A DNA stretch of 64,000 nucleotides from Nitrosopumilus sp. (lineage in GTDB: Archaea > Thermoproteota > Nitrososphaeria > Nitrososphaerales > Nitrosopumilaceae): positions 1,920,001 to 1,984,000 of the forward strand of contig OZ244651.1 of assembly GCA_965218695.1 (NCBI GenBank), read 5' to 3'. A program made the position numbers and the translations under genes. Shown here in pieces: positions 28,506-37,983 of this stretch; within the stretch, counting starts at the first letter, position 1; each line of letters starts with the position of its first letter. The notes beneath the pieces were generated by a model that saw only the letters and a program-made list of their open reading frames with translations, was not told where the DNA came from and made no database searches.

Positions 28506-29252
28506 TTAGCTCTCCACCCTTGGAGCCAGATAGAAGTGGATTCTTCCTATGTTTGCAACCTTGAACTCAATGCGGAGTGGTTTTGAGGTGGAAAATTCAC
28601 AGGTGATGTTGCCTACGGTGTTGCCCACGGCCTTGACCACAGGGTTGAGATACTCAAGGCTGTATGTTCCGGTGCTCTCGTCCTGCGAGGAGATCTCCTC
28701 TATGGCATCATCGGCAGTGTCAATATCGATTACAACCTCGCCTGAGTCACCCTTGCCTGAAAAGTCGCCTTTGGACTCGGTTGTATGTACTGTGAGATAT
28801 TCTGATACGGCCTGCACGTCGCCGAGAATCTTGTCGAATTTTGAGGAGGCAAGAACGATCTTCGAGTCGTATGGGATCTTTGGCAGCGGCGTGTCGGTGG
28901 CAGAACTCTCAATCAGGCGCATCTTGTACTTTTTGTTTCTTCCAACCGTAACAAGCAGCATGTCCTGATCAGAGATGCTGATCTCTATGTCATCTTTCTT
29001 GTCGGCCCTCTTGATGATCTTTGAGAACTCTTCTATTCTTACTCCGAACTTTATGTCACTGTCGCACTCGTACATCTCAAACGCAGAGTTGGGCCAGGAT
29101 ATGTCGATGAGGGCCACATGGGACGGATCCATTCCACGGAAGGTTATTCCCTCAGAAGTGGCAACAAAGGTGGCCTCCTCGACCAGCGTGGAGATGGCAG
29201 ATATGATTGCCTTAAGATCGTCTGATCCGCTGGTCTTTGTAGCAAATGTCAA
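28506..29252 (-). CDS. pcn: DNA sliding clamp PCNA
   Basis: MDPSHVAL, YSLEYL, FYLAPRVE. Confidence 0.96.
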   Translation of the reverse strand: MTFATKTSGSDDLKAIISAISTLVEEATFVATSEGITFRGMDPSHVALIDISWPNSAFEMYECDSDIKFGVRIEEFSKIIKRADKKDDIEISISDQDMLLVTVGRNKKYKMRLIESSATDTPLPKIPYDSKIVLASSKFDKILGDVQAVSEYLTVHTTESKGDFSGKGDSGEVVIDIDTADDAIEEISSQDESTGTYSLEYLNPVVKAVGNTVGNITCEFSTSKPLRIEFKVANIGRIHFYLAPRVES

Positions 29253-29303
29253 GTCAAGACTTCTGGTTTTGGTGCCAAATAAAACGTTATTGTAGTATTA
29301 GCT

Positions 29304-29395
29304 GTACATACTCAGGTCCCCCTCAAACTCAGGCGTGAATATACGTAAAACAGTACATGTTTACGCCTAGACAATACCGGGACCTGAGCATGTAC
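29304..29395. mobile_element. 92-bp MITE related to the ISH3-like element at 59570
   Basis: 17-bp IR GTACATACTCAGGTCCC / GGGACCTGAGCATGTAC (16/17 match); 8-bp TSD TATTAGCT. Confidence 0.9.
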
Positions 29396-29422
29396 TATTA
29401 GCTCAGCAGGCGTTCTGGCACG

Positions 29423-29758
29423 TCAGGCGTAGTTGCGCCAGGTATGCTTGCACTTTGTACACCGGTAGAATTGGGTGGTGGGCTCGTCTGCACTTCTGGT
29501 CTGTAGCATCCACCAGACTGCCTCGTCGTTTCCGCACTTTTCGCAGTCGATCTTGATTGTAGGGTGTGCCTCCTCGCCCTCGTCGCCCTCAAAGACGTTG
29601 AACGGTGTGCCCGGTTCGGCGGTGGGCTTGTCTTCTGTTTTCTCCGGTTCTGTCGTCTGCAACTCTACAGTCTGGGAATCCACATAACCGCACTTGGCAC
29701 ACTGGAGTTCAGAACCGATCTTCTTGAGTTTGGCTTCACATTTGGGGCAGAACTTCAA
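29423..29758 (-). CDS. tfs: Transcription factor S / RpoM
   Basis: FCPKC, CEKCG, QTRSADEP, CTKC. Confidence 0.95.
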   Translation of the reverse strand: MKFCPKCEAKLKKIGSELQCAKCGYVDSQTVELQTTEPEKTEDKPTAEPGTPFNVFEGDEGEEAHPTIKIDCEKCGNDEAVWWMLQTRSADEPTTQFYRCTKCKHTWRNYA

Positions 29759-29759
29759 C

Positions 29760-30038
29760 CTACTCTACCTTGATCTTTGAGTTAAGCAGATCCTTGAACT
29801 GCCCGGCCAGCTCTATTGCAGAGTCTGTAGCCTTTTTGATCTTGTCAAGGGGTTTTGTGTCGGAGTTTATTCTCATCCAGCATTCATTGGTAAGGGGGTG
29901 CTTTACAATAACGCCTGCGAAATTGATGTTTGGGTTCTTTAAAAGCTCGTGCTGAATCACATACAGGATGCCGATGTCAGCCTTCTCTACTGAGAGGTTG
30001 ATCTCGCTAGATTCTGAACTGATCACGCTGGCCTTCAT
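29760..30038 (-). CDS. rpoL: RNA polymerase subunit L (Rpo11)
   Basis: FAGVIVKHPL motif; located upstream of tfs. Confidence 0.85.
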   Translation of the reverse strand: MKASVISSESSEINLSVEKADIGILYVIQHELLKNPNINFAGVIVKHPLTNECWMRINSDTKPLDKIKKATDSAIELAGQFKDLLNSKIKVE

Positions 30039-30060
30039 GTAATCGGAAAAAGAACTTATT

Positions 30061-30621
30061 GTGGATATAAATCATTGTGAGCAGATGGGAGAGAGTAGAA
30101 TTTCAGAGATCAGGCTGGAAAAGTCAAACGAGGAGTACCCGGATAACGGCAATATCGAGGTTAATGTGAGGTTCTCGATAGAGGGGGGCATCAGGGAGGC
30201 ATTTAACGAGGCAAACTGGACTGAGGCATACAACGCAAACGACGTTTCATTCAAGATAAAGTATGGCATAAAACTGACAACCGGTGGGTTCAGGAAGAAG
30301 GAGCTTGGCCGCACCATCGACACGTACAGAAAGGCTTCGATCTTTTGGACCAGGAATCCAAAACTTGTCAATCCCATGAAGGAGAGAAAGATATGGGTGC
30401 AGGTGGCCAAGAATTTTGAGCCGTTCATCAGGCTCTCTGAGGACGAGACGAGGCAAGAGCTCTTTGATTTTAACGAAAGATTCGTCTTCAAGGCCTCGGA
30501 TCTTGGCGAGGGTAGCCACAAGATAGGGGCAGAGGTGTATGCGTCATGGCAGAAACACTACTATACGGAGCCGGGCAGCATCAAGAACCGATCAGAAGAG
30601 ATCGAAGTTGCAGTAGTCTAG
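30061..30621 (+). CDS. Conserved hypothetical protein
   Basis: Long ORF with host-like codon use; start may be the ATG at 30085. Confidence 0.7.
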   Translation: MDINHCEQMGESRISEIRLEKSNEEYPDNGNIEVNVRFSIEGGIREAFNEANWTEAYNANDVSFKIKYGIKLTTGGFRKKELGRTIDTYRKASIFWTRNPKLVNPMKERKIWVQVAKNFEPFIRLSEDETRQELFDFNERFVFKASDLGEGSHKIGAEVYASWQKHYYTEPGSIKNRSEEIEVAVV

Positions 30622-30998
30622 TAACGCAGCCGTAATGCATTCAGGTTCAGGATGTGAATATGATCGATTCTGTGAATAGTCGTGTTGTAACAGTTTAGGT
30701 TCGTGCCTAAGTCATTTTTCTGCAACCATCCTGATCTAAATCGCTGGCTGCCTAACAACGCCCATTGTCAAACCCGGAAATCAAGATACTGCGAGGCGAG
30801 CTGGCAAGGGTCATCGGGAAATATCAAAAATGGTTGGACGGGACAGCCGGGATCATAAAGACAGTGCGGGTAGAAAAGCGGAGCTTGGAATGGAAAATGC
30901 AGATCTCCGAAGGCGCCTGGCGTACTATGAAAACCCCCACAGCCTCCCGTAGTCGTGCTGGCTCAAAGGGATATAAGGAACTTGTATCGATCCCGAGT

Positions 30999-31151
30999 AT
31001 GGCAAAATACGACGGTCTGTTGGGACAGCCAGTGCTTGAAGTCGAGGAACCTGACAAGGAGGGCGGAATCACATTCATCTTCAAGGACAACAGGTTTCTG
31101 TTCATCAAGGCCGTGGACGGCAGGATCGAGACCGTATCGATTCCAGAGTAG
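30999..31151 (+). CDS. 50-aa micro-protein A
   Basis: ATG 28 bp after ATATAAG; paralogous to the next ORF. Confidence 0.7.
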   Translation: MAKYDGLLGQPVLEVEEPDKEGGITFIFKDNRFLFIKAVDGRIETVSIPE

Positions 31152-31161
31152 GTGCGGATGG

Positions 31162-31308
31162 ATGGAAAAGTTTGAACCAATCAAGATGCAGGAACTGGTA
31201 AGGGTCATTGACCCGGATCCGGACGGCGGAATCACCATGGTGTTCCAAGAAGACAAGACCTTGAAGATCAGGATCGTCGACGGGCAGCTGGTCTCAGAGT
31301 TTGCCTAA
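31162..31308 (+). CDS. 48-aa micro-protein B
   Basis: Shares PDxxGGITxxF...VDG with micro-protein A. Confidence 0.7.
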   Translation: MEKFEPIKMQELVRVIDPDPDGGITMVFQEDKTLKIRIVDGQLVSEFA

Positions 31309-31796
31309 TTCGAGTGCTTTTCATAATATTTAATTGCCGTCTCCTGTACCTCGGACTGGACGGAGCCGGGTCTCTTCCCCCGGATCATCGTGATTGCCGC
31401 ATCTGCAGAATAGCCACGGTGCCTTACAAAATAGCAGGCAAGGACGGTGCCGGCTCTGCCCAAGCCGGCTGCGCAGTGGACCATCACCGGCCGGTTCTGC
31501 TGGATCTGCTCATGGATGAAAGACACGGCCTCATCCAGCCTGTCCACATCAGGGGCCGTAAGATCCGGCGTGGGGACATGCAGGTAATCCATGTCACGTG
31601 TCCAATCTTCTGGCAGAGCCCTTTCAGTCATGGTGACTATGGCCTGCACGTTCTGGTGCATAATCCAGTCAATCTCAGAGCGGCTTGTTGGCATCCCGGA
31701 ACCGGCCAACCTGCCTTCCAGTAACCAAGAAAAGTTTGTGGGTCTCTCTGTGATCCTGCCATGAACCTTTCGCCATATGTTTCCAGGCTTGCTCAT
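31305..31796 (-). CDS. Dual-specificity protein phosphatase
   Basis: VHCAAGLGRAG P-loop; PDLTAP. Confidence 0.92.
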   Translation of the reverse strand: MSKPGNIWRKVHGRITERPTNFSWLLEGRLAGSGMPTSRSEIDWIMHQNVQAIVTMTERALPEDWTRDMDYLHVPTPDLTAPDVDRLDEAVSFIHEQIQQNRPVMVHCAAGLGRAGTVLACYFVRHRGYSADAAITMIRGKRPGSVQSEVQETAIKYYEKHSN

Positions 31797-31837
31797 GCTA
31801 CTTGTCTGGCAAGCACCATATTTTTAGCATTGCAGAT

Positions 31838-32482
31838 CTACAGGGCTACGGCTCTGACCGGGGAGCCGGTAGCGCCTTTGAGGTTCAGCGGGAGGACGGC
31901 AAAATCAAACTCCATGGATGAAATCTTGTCCAGGTTTGCCAGATTCTCTACGATCAGAATGTTCTCTCTGGAAAATATGCAGTGGGTGCCAAATGACTCG
32001 TTGCGCCCAAGGTCTATGCTTGGAGAGTCTGTTCCGACCAAGTTGACTTTCTTTGATGCAAGATATCTGGCAGCCGATGCGTCCAGTCCGGGATTACGCG
32101 TGAAATAGCTTTTGTCCTCCAGATTCTTCTGCCACCCAGTAAAAAAGAAGACTGACGAGTCGTCGGGAATCACTCCGTTCTCCTTTTCAAAAAGCATGAT
32201 GTCTGCCTCTGTTATGGCAGAGTCAGCGTCCCTTGGAAGTTTGAGGAGAATTCCCTTCCTCCCAATCAGCCTGTCAAGCGGGATTTGGTGGATTGCAAGG
32301 CCGTCGGATGCAAAGTGGTACGGTGCATCAATGTGTGTACCTGTGTGGGAGCTTAGGAACAGCAGTTCAAGGTTGTACCCGTCGTCTTCGATGTCAGACC
32401 ACTGTATCAACTGTGGCCCGGGGGATCCTGGAAAGACGGGCAGGGTAGGAGATATGGCAAGCGTAAGATCTATTGGTTTCAT
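31838..32482 (-). CDS. Cyclase family (kynurenine formamidase-like) protein
   Basis: HTGTHIDAPYHF, GTDSPSID, ENLANL, GSPVRA. Confidence 0.92.
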   Translation of the reverse strand: MKPIDLTLAISPTLPVFPGSPGPQLIQWSDIEDDGYNLELLFLSSHTGTHIDAPYHFASDGLAIHQIPLDRLIGRKGILLKLPRDADSAITEADIMLFEKENGVIPDDSSVFFFTGWQKNLEDKSYFTRNPGLDASAARYLASKKVNLVGTDSPSIDLGRNESFGTHCIFSRENILIVENLANLDKISSMEFDFAVLPLNLKGATGSPVRAVAL

Positions 32483-32946
32483 ACCAACGTGATGGAATGG
32501 CAGTTTATCAGTTTTTCAGTATGCTCACAGGATTGCAATTTATCAGATAAATGTTTCCGGGTCTGTTGCCCTCGGACGGTTTGGCTGTGTTTTTTGGATG
32601 GAGGGTATGGATTTGTTCCCGCATGTATGTCGCAGTATTCTTCATAGTCTTGCGCGGCATTCCGGATTAAAAAATATCTGGCGATGGGCACGATCTGTGC
32701 GTGTGTTTCAAAATATCAACGCCGTCCTGTTTCTTCAGAGTGATGCTCCCAATTCCAAAAAAGATTTCGGCATTCGGCATTTTAAAAAAATTATTGTGCG
32801 GGCAGGGGGATCACATCAGACGGCGGATCGCAATAAATCATCGGTGTTGGCGTAAGGCCGTCTGCCAAAAAATAGGCGTAAAATTTGTGCAGGTGTGTAA
32901 ACCGGTACGTTGAACAAATAACACTAGTTTCGTATCCGGCATACTG

Positions 32947-34302
32947 AACTTTGTTTCCTAATTATTCCCAACCACGCCCAACATGTCCAGAATTAGGCCA
33001 GATCAGCTGAATTTGAACATAATATCAAACATTTTCAATAGAAAACTGCATTGATCAGAGAGGTGTGCAGACAGTCAGGTTACAGCCATGACTGAAAACA
33101 CATCCTCTCCAGACAAAACGGGCACGCATGAGGCTAAAAAATCTTTCAAATCCGGAAAACGCCGGTTCCAATACGATGACCGCAGGTACATAGACCGCGG
33201 CCAGCTGTGGACGCTCCAGATAAGCCCGGAGATCCTGACTCAGGGAGTCGAGAAGCTAAACTGCGGGAAGGTCGGCCGCCCGTACGTATTTTCAAACGCG
33301 TGCTTTGCAGCAGCATCCCTGTTCAGAAACGCCACCGGCATAAGGTACAGGCAGCTCCAGGGCGTGGCAGAGACGATAGTCGGCAGGGAAGACGCGCCCA
33401 CGTATTCGGTGTTCCAGAAGAGGATGACCAGGTTGGGCTGCACTGTTGCAGATAATGATGATGGCAGCGGCACGGCTTCTGCGTGGTTCTCAGACGGCAA
33501 CACCAGAGCAGAGATCAAGCTGTTTGCCTTCGACTCCACTGGACTCAAGCCCACAAACCGCGGCGACTGGATGACAAAAAAGTGGGGGACCAGGCGGGGC
33601 TTCATAAAGCTGCACGTCGGGGTGGATGCCAAAACCAAAAAGATCTACGCCGTGGCCATAACCGACGACAAGTGCGGGGACTCTCCGCAGTTTGAGGAAC
33701 TGGTGGGGCAGGCCCTTGCAAATGCAAAAAAATCCCCAAACGTAGAGACTTCTGCAAGCACCAAGACGGCAGCCGACGGCGCGTACGACACCAAGAAGAT
33801 CCGCAGGTACTGCGACGAACAGGGAATCGAGCCGCTGATTCCCGTCCGCATTGACTTTGCCGGAAAGGCAGACGGGTGCATGCCCCGCAAGGAGGCAGGA
33901 TTCAGGCAGCTGGGTGGCATGGACTGCATGGACAAGACGGCAGGACTCAAGTTTGCAGGCCTCACGCGCGAACAAAAGAGGGAATTCCAGAAGGCGTGGC
34001 GCAGGGAGTCCGGGTACAACGACCGGTGGTCAGTCGAGATTGTATTTTCCACGTTCAAGCGGGTGTTGGGCGAGTGCATAAGCGCGCGCAAGTGGGAGAA
34101 CGTCAAGGCCGAGATATACGGAAAAGTGCAGCTGTACAACCAGATGATCGATACTGCGATCGACGGCGGGTACGGCACGCCAAGGATCGTGCAAGTCTAC
34201 AAGCCCGGTCCAAAAACTGCAAGGGATGAGGGGGCAAGACGATGACATAGACAGAATTGCACAGACTGGTATCTGTGTCGAGAGTAATTAGGAAACAAAG
34301 TT
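32947..34302 (+). mobile_element. IS5-family element, copy 2 (inverted copy of 14301-15656)
   Basis: Same 18-bp IR, same 1356-bp length; 8-bp TSD GCATACTG. Confidence 0.95.
33088..34245 (+). CDS. IS5-family transposase, identical protein to 14358-15515
   Basis: Identical 385-aa translation. Confidence 0.93.
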   Translation: MTENTSSPDKTGTHEAKKSFKSGKRRFQYDDRRYIDRGQLWTLQISPEILTQGVEKLNCGKVGRPYVFSNACFAAASLFRNATGIRYRQLQGVAETIVGREDAPTYSVFQKRMTRLGCTVADNDDGSGTASAWFSDGNTRAEIKLFAFDSTGLKPTNRGDWMTKKWGTRRGFIKLHVGVDAKTKKIYAVAITDDKCGDSPQFEELVGQALANAKKSPNVETSASTKTAADGAYDTKKIRRYCDEQGIEPLIPVRIDFAGKADGCMPRKEAGFRQLGGMDCMDKTAGLKFAGLTREQKREFQKAWRRESGYNDRWSVEIVFSTFKRVLGECISARKWENVKAEIYGKVQLYNQMIDTAIDGGYGTPRIVQVYKPGPKTARDEGARR

Positions 34303-34346
34303 GCATACTGTGAAAGGTTAAATACTCTTTGGGGGGGAAAACTCTT

Positions 34347-34604
34347 GTGCCAACTGCATATGTTCTATTGAATTCTGATTTGGGATCCGATGAGTCGGTA
34401 ATCAACGAGGTAAAGCAGGTTCTAGTCAGCGAGGAGCTTGAGCACGAGGTTCAGGGGGTCTATGGGGTCTACGACATAGTTCTGAAGATAGCCTCTGAGG
34501 ACGGAGAGAAGCTGCGCGCAGTCATTACCAATAGGATCAGGAAGATCGGCAAGGTTCAGTCGACGCTGACCATGATGGTAATAGAAGAACAGGAGAACCT
34601 ATAG
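34347..34604 (+). CDS. Lrp/AsnC ligand-binding (RAM) domain protein
   Basis: AYVLLN, GVYGVYDIVLK, STLTM. Confidence 0.88.
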   Translation: MPTAYVLLNSDLGSDESVINEVKQVLVSEELEHEVQGVYGVYDIVLKIASEDGEKLRAVITNRIRKIGKVQSTLTMMVIEEQENL

Positions 34605-35748
34605 TCTTCTTAGCGCATCGGCCACTTCAAGTATCTGCGACTCGGTGTTGAAGAAATGAGGTGATGCCCGTACGGTTCCAGTATTCATTACACCTCTGAC
34701 TGCCAGTATAATGTTCTGTTTTTGCAGCCGGGTCACGACATCGCGTGGGTCAATCCCGGATATGTTGAAGGATACAATGCTGGTTCTCTTCTCCTCACTT
34801 TCAGGCCCGTACAGCGTGACGTTTGGGATGCGGGCCAGCTCGTCACGGAGCAGTGTTGAGAGGTTCCGGTTCCTTTCACAAATGTTGTCCATGCCAAACT
34901 TTTTCAGATATCTGGCAGACGATTCAAGCCCGACTGCTCCAGCATAGTTTCTAAACCCTATCTGAAACCTGTCGGAGAGTTCCTTAAAGGCAGGGTCTGT
35001 CTCATCGTAGTGCGGAACAGACGCTCTGCTGACGGTTGCAGGCTCAAGCAGATGGTTTAAATCCCGGCTACAGTAAAACACACCAATGTCCATCGGGCCA
35101 CAGAGCCACTTGGAACCGTTAAAGGACATAAAGTCGCACCCGATCTTGGAGACATCGACATCGTCCAGGCACCCTACGGTCTGGGCACCGTCAATGAGGA
35201 AAGGAGCCCTTCCATGGATTATTCGTCCGGCTTCCCGTACTGGGAGTATTGAGCCTATGTTGTACAGGGCATGGCTGAGGGTCACAAGCCCGGTATTTTC
35301 GTCCAGCATGGTTTCCAGATCATCAAGGTCAAAGAAACCGTTCTGGTCTACTGAAAGGCTTCTAATCTCGGTTCTGTCGCCAAGTCTGATCCACGGATGC
35401 AGGTTGGATTGATGCTCGTGAAGCATTTGACGCATTATCATATTGGAGCCTGCACCGAGCGGGAGCCTGTCTGCCACTATGTTGATTCCCTCAGTAGTGC
35501 TCCGAGTAAAAACCACCTCCTCAGGTCTGCAGGAGATTATCTGTGAGATGGTTTGTTTTGCACTAAAGCTTCTCAGTGACAAACGACAGGGACTCTTTTG
35601 AGTCAGGGCCGACGGAGTTGTATGATATTAGAAACTCCTTCATGGCATCTATGCTCTGGGATGGCATGGTGGAGGCAGAGGCACTATTCAGATAAATCTT
35701 TTCAGAGTCTGGAAAGTCGCCGGAGATGTCCCTTGATGCAAAGTTCAT
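34599..35748 (-). pseudogene. Class V aminotransferase (SufS-like), frameshifted near 35565
   Basis: YLNSAS in ORF 35563-35748; STTEG, DGAQ, SKWLCGP in ORF 34599-35582; frames join at AAGCTTTAGT. Confidence 0.8.
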
Positions 35749-35777
35749 TATTATATCTGTGGAATGCTAGTGTGGTG

Positions 35778-36365
35778 TTGGATAAAAGTCCTAGACAGGT
35801 CTCTGAGAGTCCGTCATCTGTCATGGAGGAGCTTGGCAGATGCATGCCCGGGGTAGTGCTCTGCTCGGAGCCGTTTGACAAGATGGAATTTCTTGACATG
35901 ATGATCGGGTGTATCAGATATCCGGTGGTCTTTGTAGACATGGATCTGCTTTACACGGGATATGTCGAGTCAGGTATGATTCACAGAAGGAGCGATGTGA
36001 TGATATTTCACCCCGGCAGACAGGACTGGGTGACGGAGTTTTCCAAGATAGTCTCGGCAGCATCTAGGGAGAGAACCCTCGTAGTCATAGACTCGCTTAA
36101 CGGGATACACGGCACGTTTGATGATATAGAATCGGCCGGATTTGTCAACTCCTGCATAATGCTGCTTGCCTCACTTGGAAGGCAGGCAGGCTCTCCGGTC
36201 ATAGTTACGGCAAGGGCAAGAGCAAGGAACAATCGGGGATGGGTTCTATCCCCAGGAGGAAGGCAGATTATCAGATCAAGGGATGCAGGCTACTACCTTC
36301 TCAAGAGGGTGGACGACAAGCTTATGTTGGAGCAGGTCCGAAGGGATAAAGTCGATCAGCCATAA
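35778..36365 (+). CDS. Hypothetical protein, degenerate RecA/KaiC-like fold
   Basis: VVFVDMD and LVVIDSLNG strands, no Walker A; start uncertain. Confidence 0.6.
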   Translation: MDKSPRQVSESPSSVMEELGRCMPGVVLCSEPFDKMEFLDMMIGCIRYPVVFVDMDLLYTGYVESGMIHRRSDVMIFHPGRQDWVTEFSKIVSAASRERTLVVIDSLNGIHGTFDDIESAGFVNSCIMLLASLGRQAGSPVIVTARARARNNRGWVLSPGGRQIIRSRDAGYYLLKRVDDKLMLEQVRRDKVDQP

Positions 36366-36373
36366 TGCGATCG

Positions 36374-36411
36374 GTTTCAAACGCCGTTATAAAGTTTCAA
36401 ACGCCGTTATA
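36374..36411. repeat. 18-bp direct repeat, period 20
   Basis: GTTTCAAACGCCGTTATA x2. Confidence 0.85.
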
Positions 36412-36465
36412 GCCAGATTTTTTTAGGTAAGTTATATTAAGTACAAATCCAGATTCAATTTCGAT

Positions 36466-36765
36466 ATGCCAGTAGGAATTATTCCGGACATCAGCGAACA
36501 GATGTGCATTGGATGCGCATTGTGTGTAGAGATCTGCACCACATTGGGACCAGATGTACTTAGGGTAAAACCAGTTGAAGGCTGGAAGAGGGGTAAGGCA
36601 TTTGTCTTCTACCCAGAAAGATGTATCTCTGACGGTGCATGCATAGGTGTATGCCCGACAAAGGCAATTTTCTGGATGAGGCCGATAGACTTTACCGTAG
36701 GACAACCAGTTCCACTCTACAAGGACTCAGTCTTCGTCAAAGGTTGGACTGAACTGATCGATTAG
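36466..36765 (+). CDS. 4Fe-4S dicluster ferredoxin
   Basis: CIGCALCVEIC and CISDGACIGVCP. Confidence 0.93.
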   Translation: MPVGIIPDISEQMCIGCALCVEICTTLGPDVLRVKPVEGWKRGKAFVFYPERCISDGACIGVCPTKAIFWMRPIDFTVGQPVPLYKDSVFVKGWTELID

Positions 36766-36778
36766 ATTTGTTCAACCA

Positions 36779-36801
36779 TTTTAATTTCTTTTTTGCTTTT
36801 T
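36779..36801 (+). terminator. Oligo-T terminator after the ferredoxin
   Basis: TTTTAATTTCTTTTTTGCTTTTT. Confidence 0.55.
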
Positions 36802-36837
36802 AGAGTGTCAATGGGTGTACCTTGCCCTCAACAGTGT

Positions 36838-37983
36838 TTATTTTCCAAATCCAAGCCTTGATGCCCAACGGCTCTTGGGCCGAGACGGCTTTCTTGAGAG
36901 ATTGGCAAGCATATCATATGTGATGGTAAATCCGGCGCCCACCAGAGTAGCATCCTTCCCGTAGATCTCCCTGTCAGGCACGAACTCGTCGGCCAGGCTC
37001 CTGATCTTCCGGGTCTTGAGATCAAACAACCGAATTCTCGTGCCGTCCTCCAGCTGGATTATTGCATCGCCGCTAAGGCCCTGGATTGAGAACTTTTCAA
37101 AGAACCGTATCAGGCCGCCGCGCCGCAGTTCTATTACCGAGTCGTATGTGAGCTTGCCCCCATAGAACAATACCTCCCGTGCAGAGATTCTTACGTCATC
37201 CTCCACGTTTAAGACTATTACCGTATCAGCCTCGAGGGATACTGTGTTTACAACGTTTTCTGCTATGATCTTTCCCTTCGGGGCCGATATGCGTGTACGG
37301 TGTTCTCGGGTCTGGTATACCCCGACTCTTCCTTCTGCGTCATCAACCCTGTATTTTCTGCCAAAGATGTTTCCCACTACTGCGTTTCCATCATCAACGG
37401 TAAGCCAGGCACCGTTTTCAATCTTGTACTTGTTTTCCAGCGGATCTATGAATCTGAAATCACCGCGGATCAGATGTATGTGAGTCCGGTATTCCTCCGT
37501 CCATGATGGGCTTGTGATGTTGCCCTGCATGATGACAGGCCCGTCATAGGTAAGGGATCCGGCCATAAAGTTGCCCTTTATTGACAGGGCGCCTGATACC
37601 TTCCTTTCAAGCTCAATCTCGCCAAGCGTCTTTGAGCCAAACAGTCTTGTTGCAGTCACTCCGGTCCTGTTGAGCGCTGCGACCCACTCTTCTGCAGTCT
37701 TCATCTCCTTGAAGATCTGTTGTCCCAGAATCTGATTCCTTCTTCTGGCATCAGTATCTACGTCCTCTGCATACACCTTGGTGTTTTTTATCTTTTCAAG
37801 ATCCGTATCGGGGTACTTTTTGCCTATCTTGAGATCCTCGTATGCCTGCTTGATCTTGATAAACTGTTCGTTTTCGCCGCCTCGGTCCGAGTGGAATTGG
37901 AGAGCTAGGCGTCGAAATGCGTCCCTGATCTCTTTTTGTGTGGATCCCTCCGCAATTCCCAGTATGTCATAGTTGTTCTTCAT
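36838..37983 (-). CDS. J-domain protein with large C-terminal beta-rich domain
   Basis: YDILG...AFRRLALQFHSDRGG...FIKIKQAYE (HSD instead of HPD). Confidence 0.85.
   Translation of the reverse strand: MKNNYDILGIAEGSTQKEIRDAFRRLALQFHSDRGGENEQFIKIKQAYEDLKIGKKYPDTDLEKIKNTKVYAEDVDTDARRRNQILGQQIFKEMKTAEEWVAALNRTGVTATRLFGSKTLGEIELERKVSGALSIKGNFMAGSLTYDGPVIMQGNITSPSWTEEYRTHIHLIRGDFRFIDPLENKYKIENGAWLTVDDGNAVVGNIFGRKYRVDDAEGRVGVYQTREHRTRISAPKGKIIAENVVNTVSLEADTVIVLNVEDDVRISAREVLFYGGKLTYDSVIELRRGGLIRFFEKFSIQGLSGDAIIQLEDGTRIRLFDLKTRKIRSLADEFVPDREIYGKDATLVGAGFTITYDMLANLSRKPSRPKSRWASRLGFGK

Noticed and set aside
30695-30710. TTAGG-N6-CCTAA as a DtxR box
   Set aside because: Not near a promoter of a metal gene; better explained as the terminal hairpin of a larger fold-back
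30765-30998. N-terminal 78 aa of the 128-aa ORF
   Set aside because: TATA position and paralogy place the true start at 30999
15657-32946. Past inversion between the two IS5 copies
   Set aside because: Each copy retains its own matched TSD
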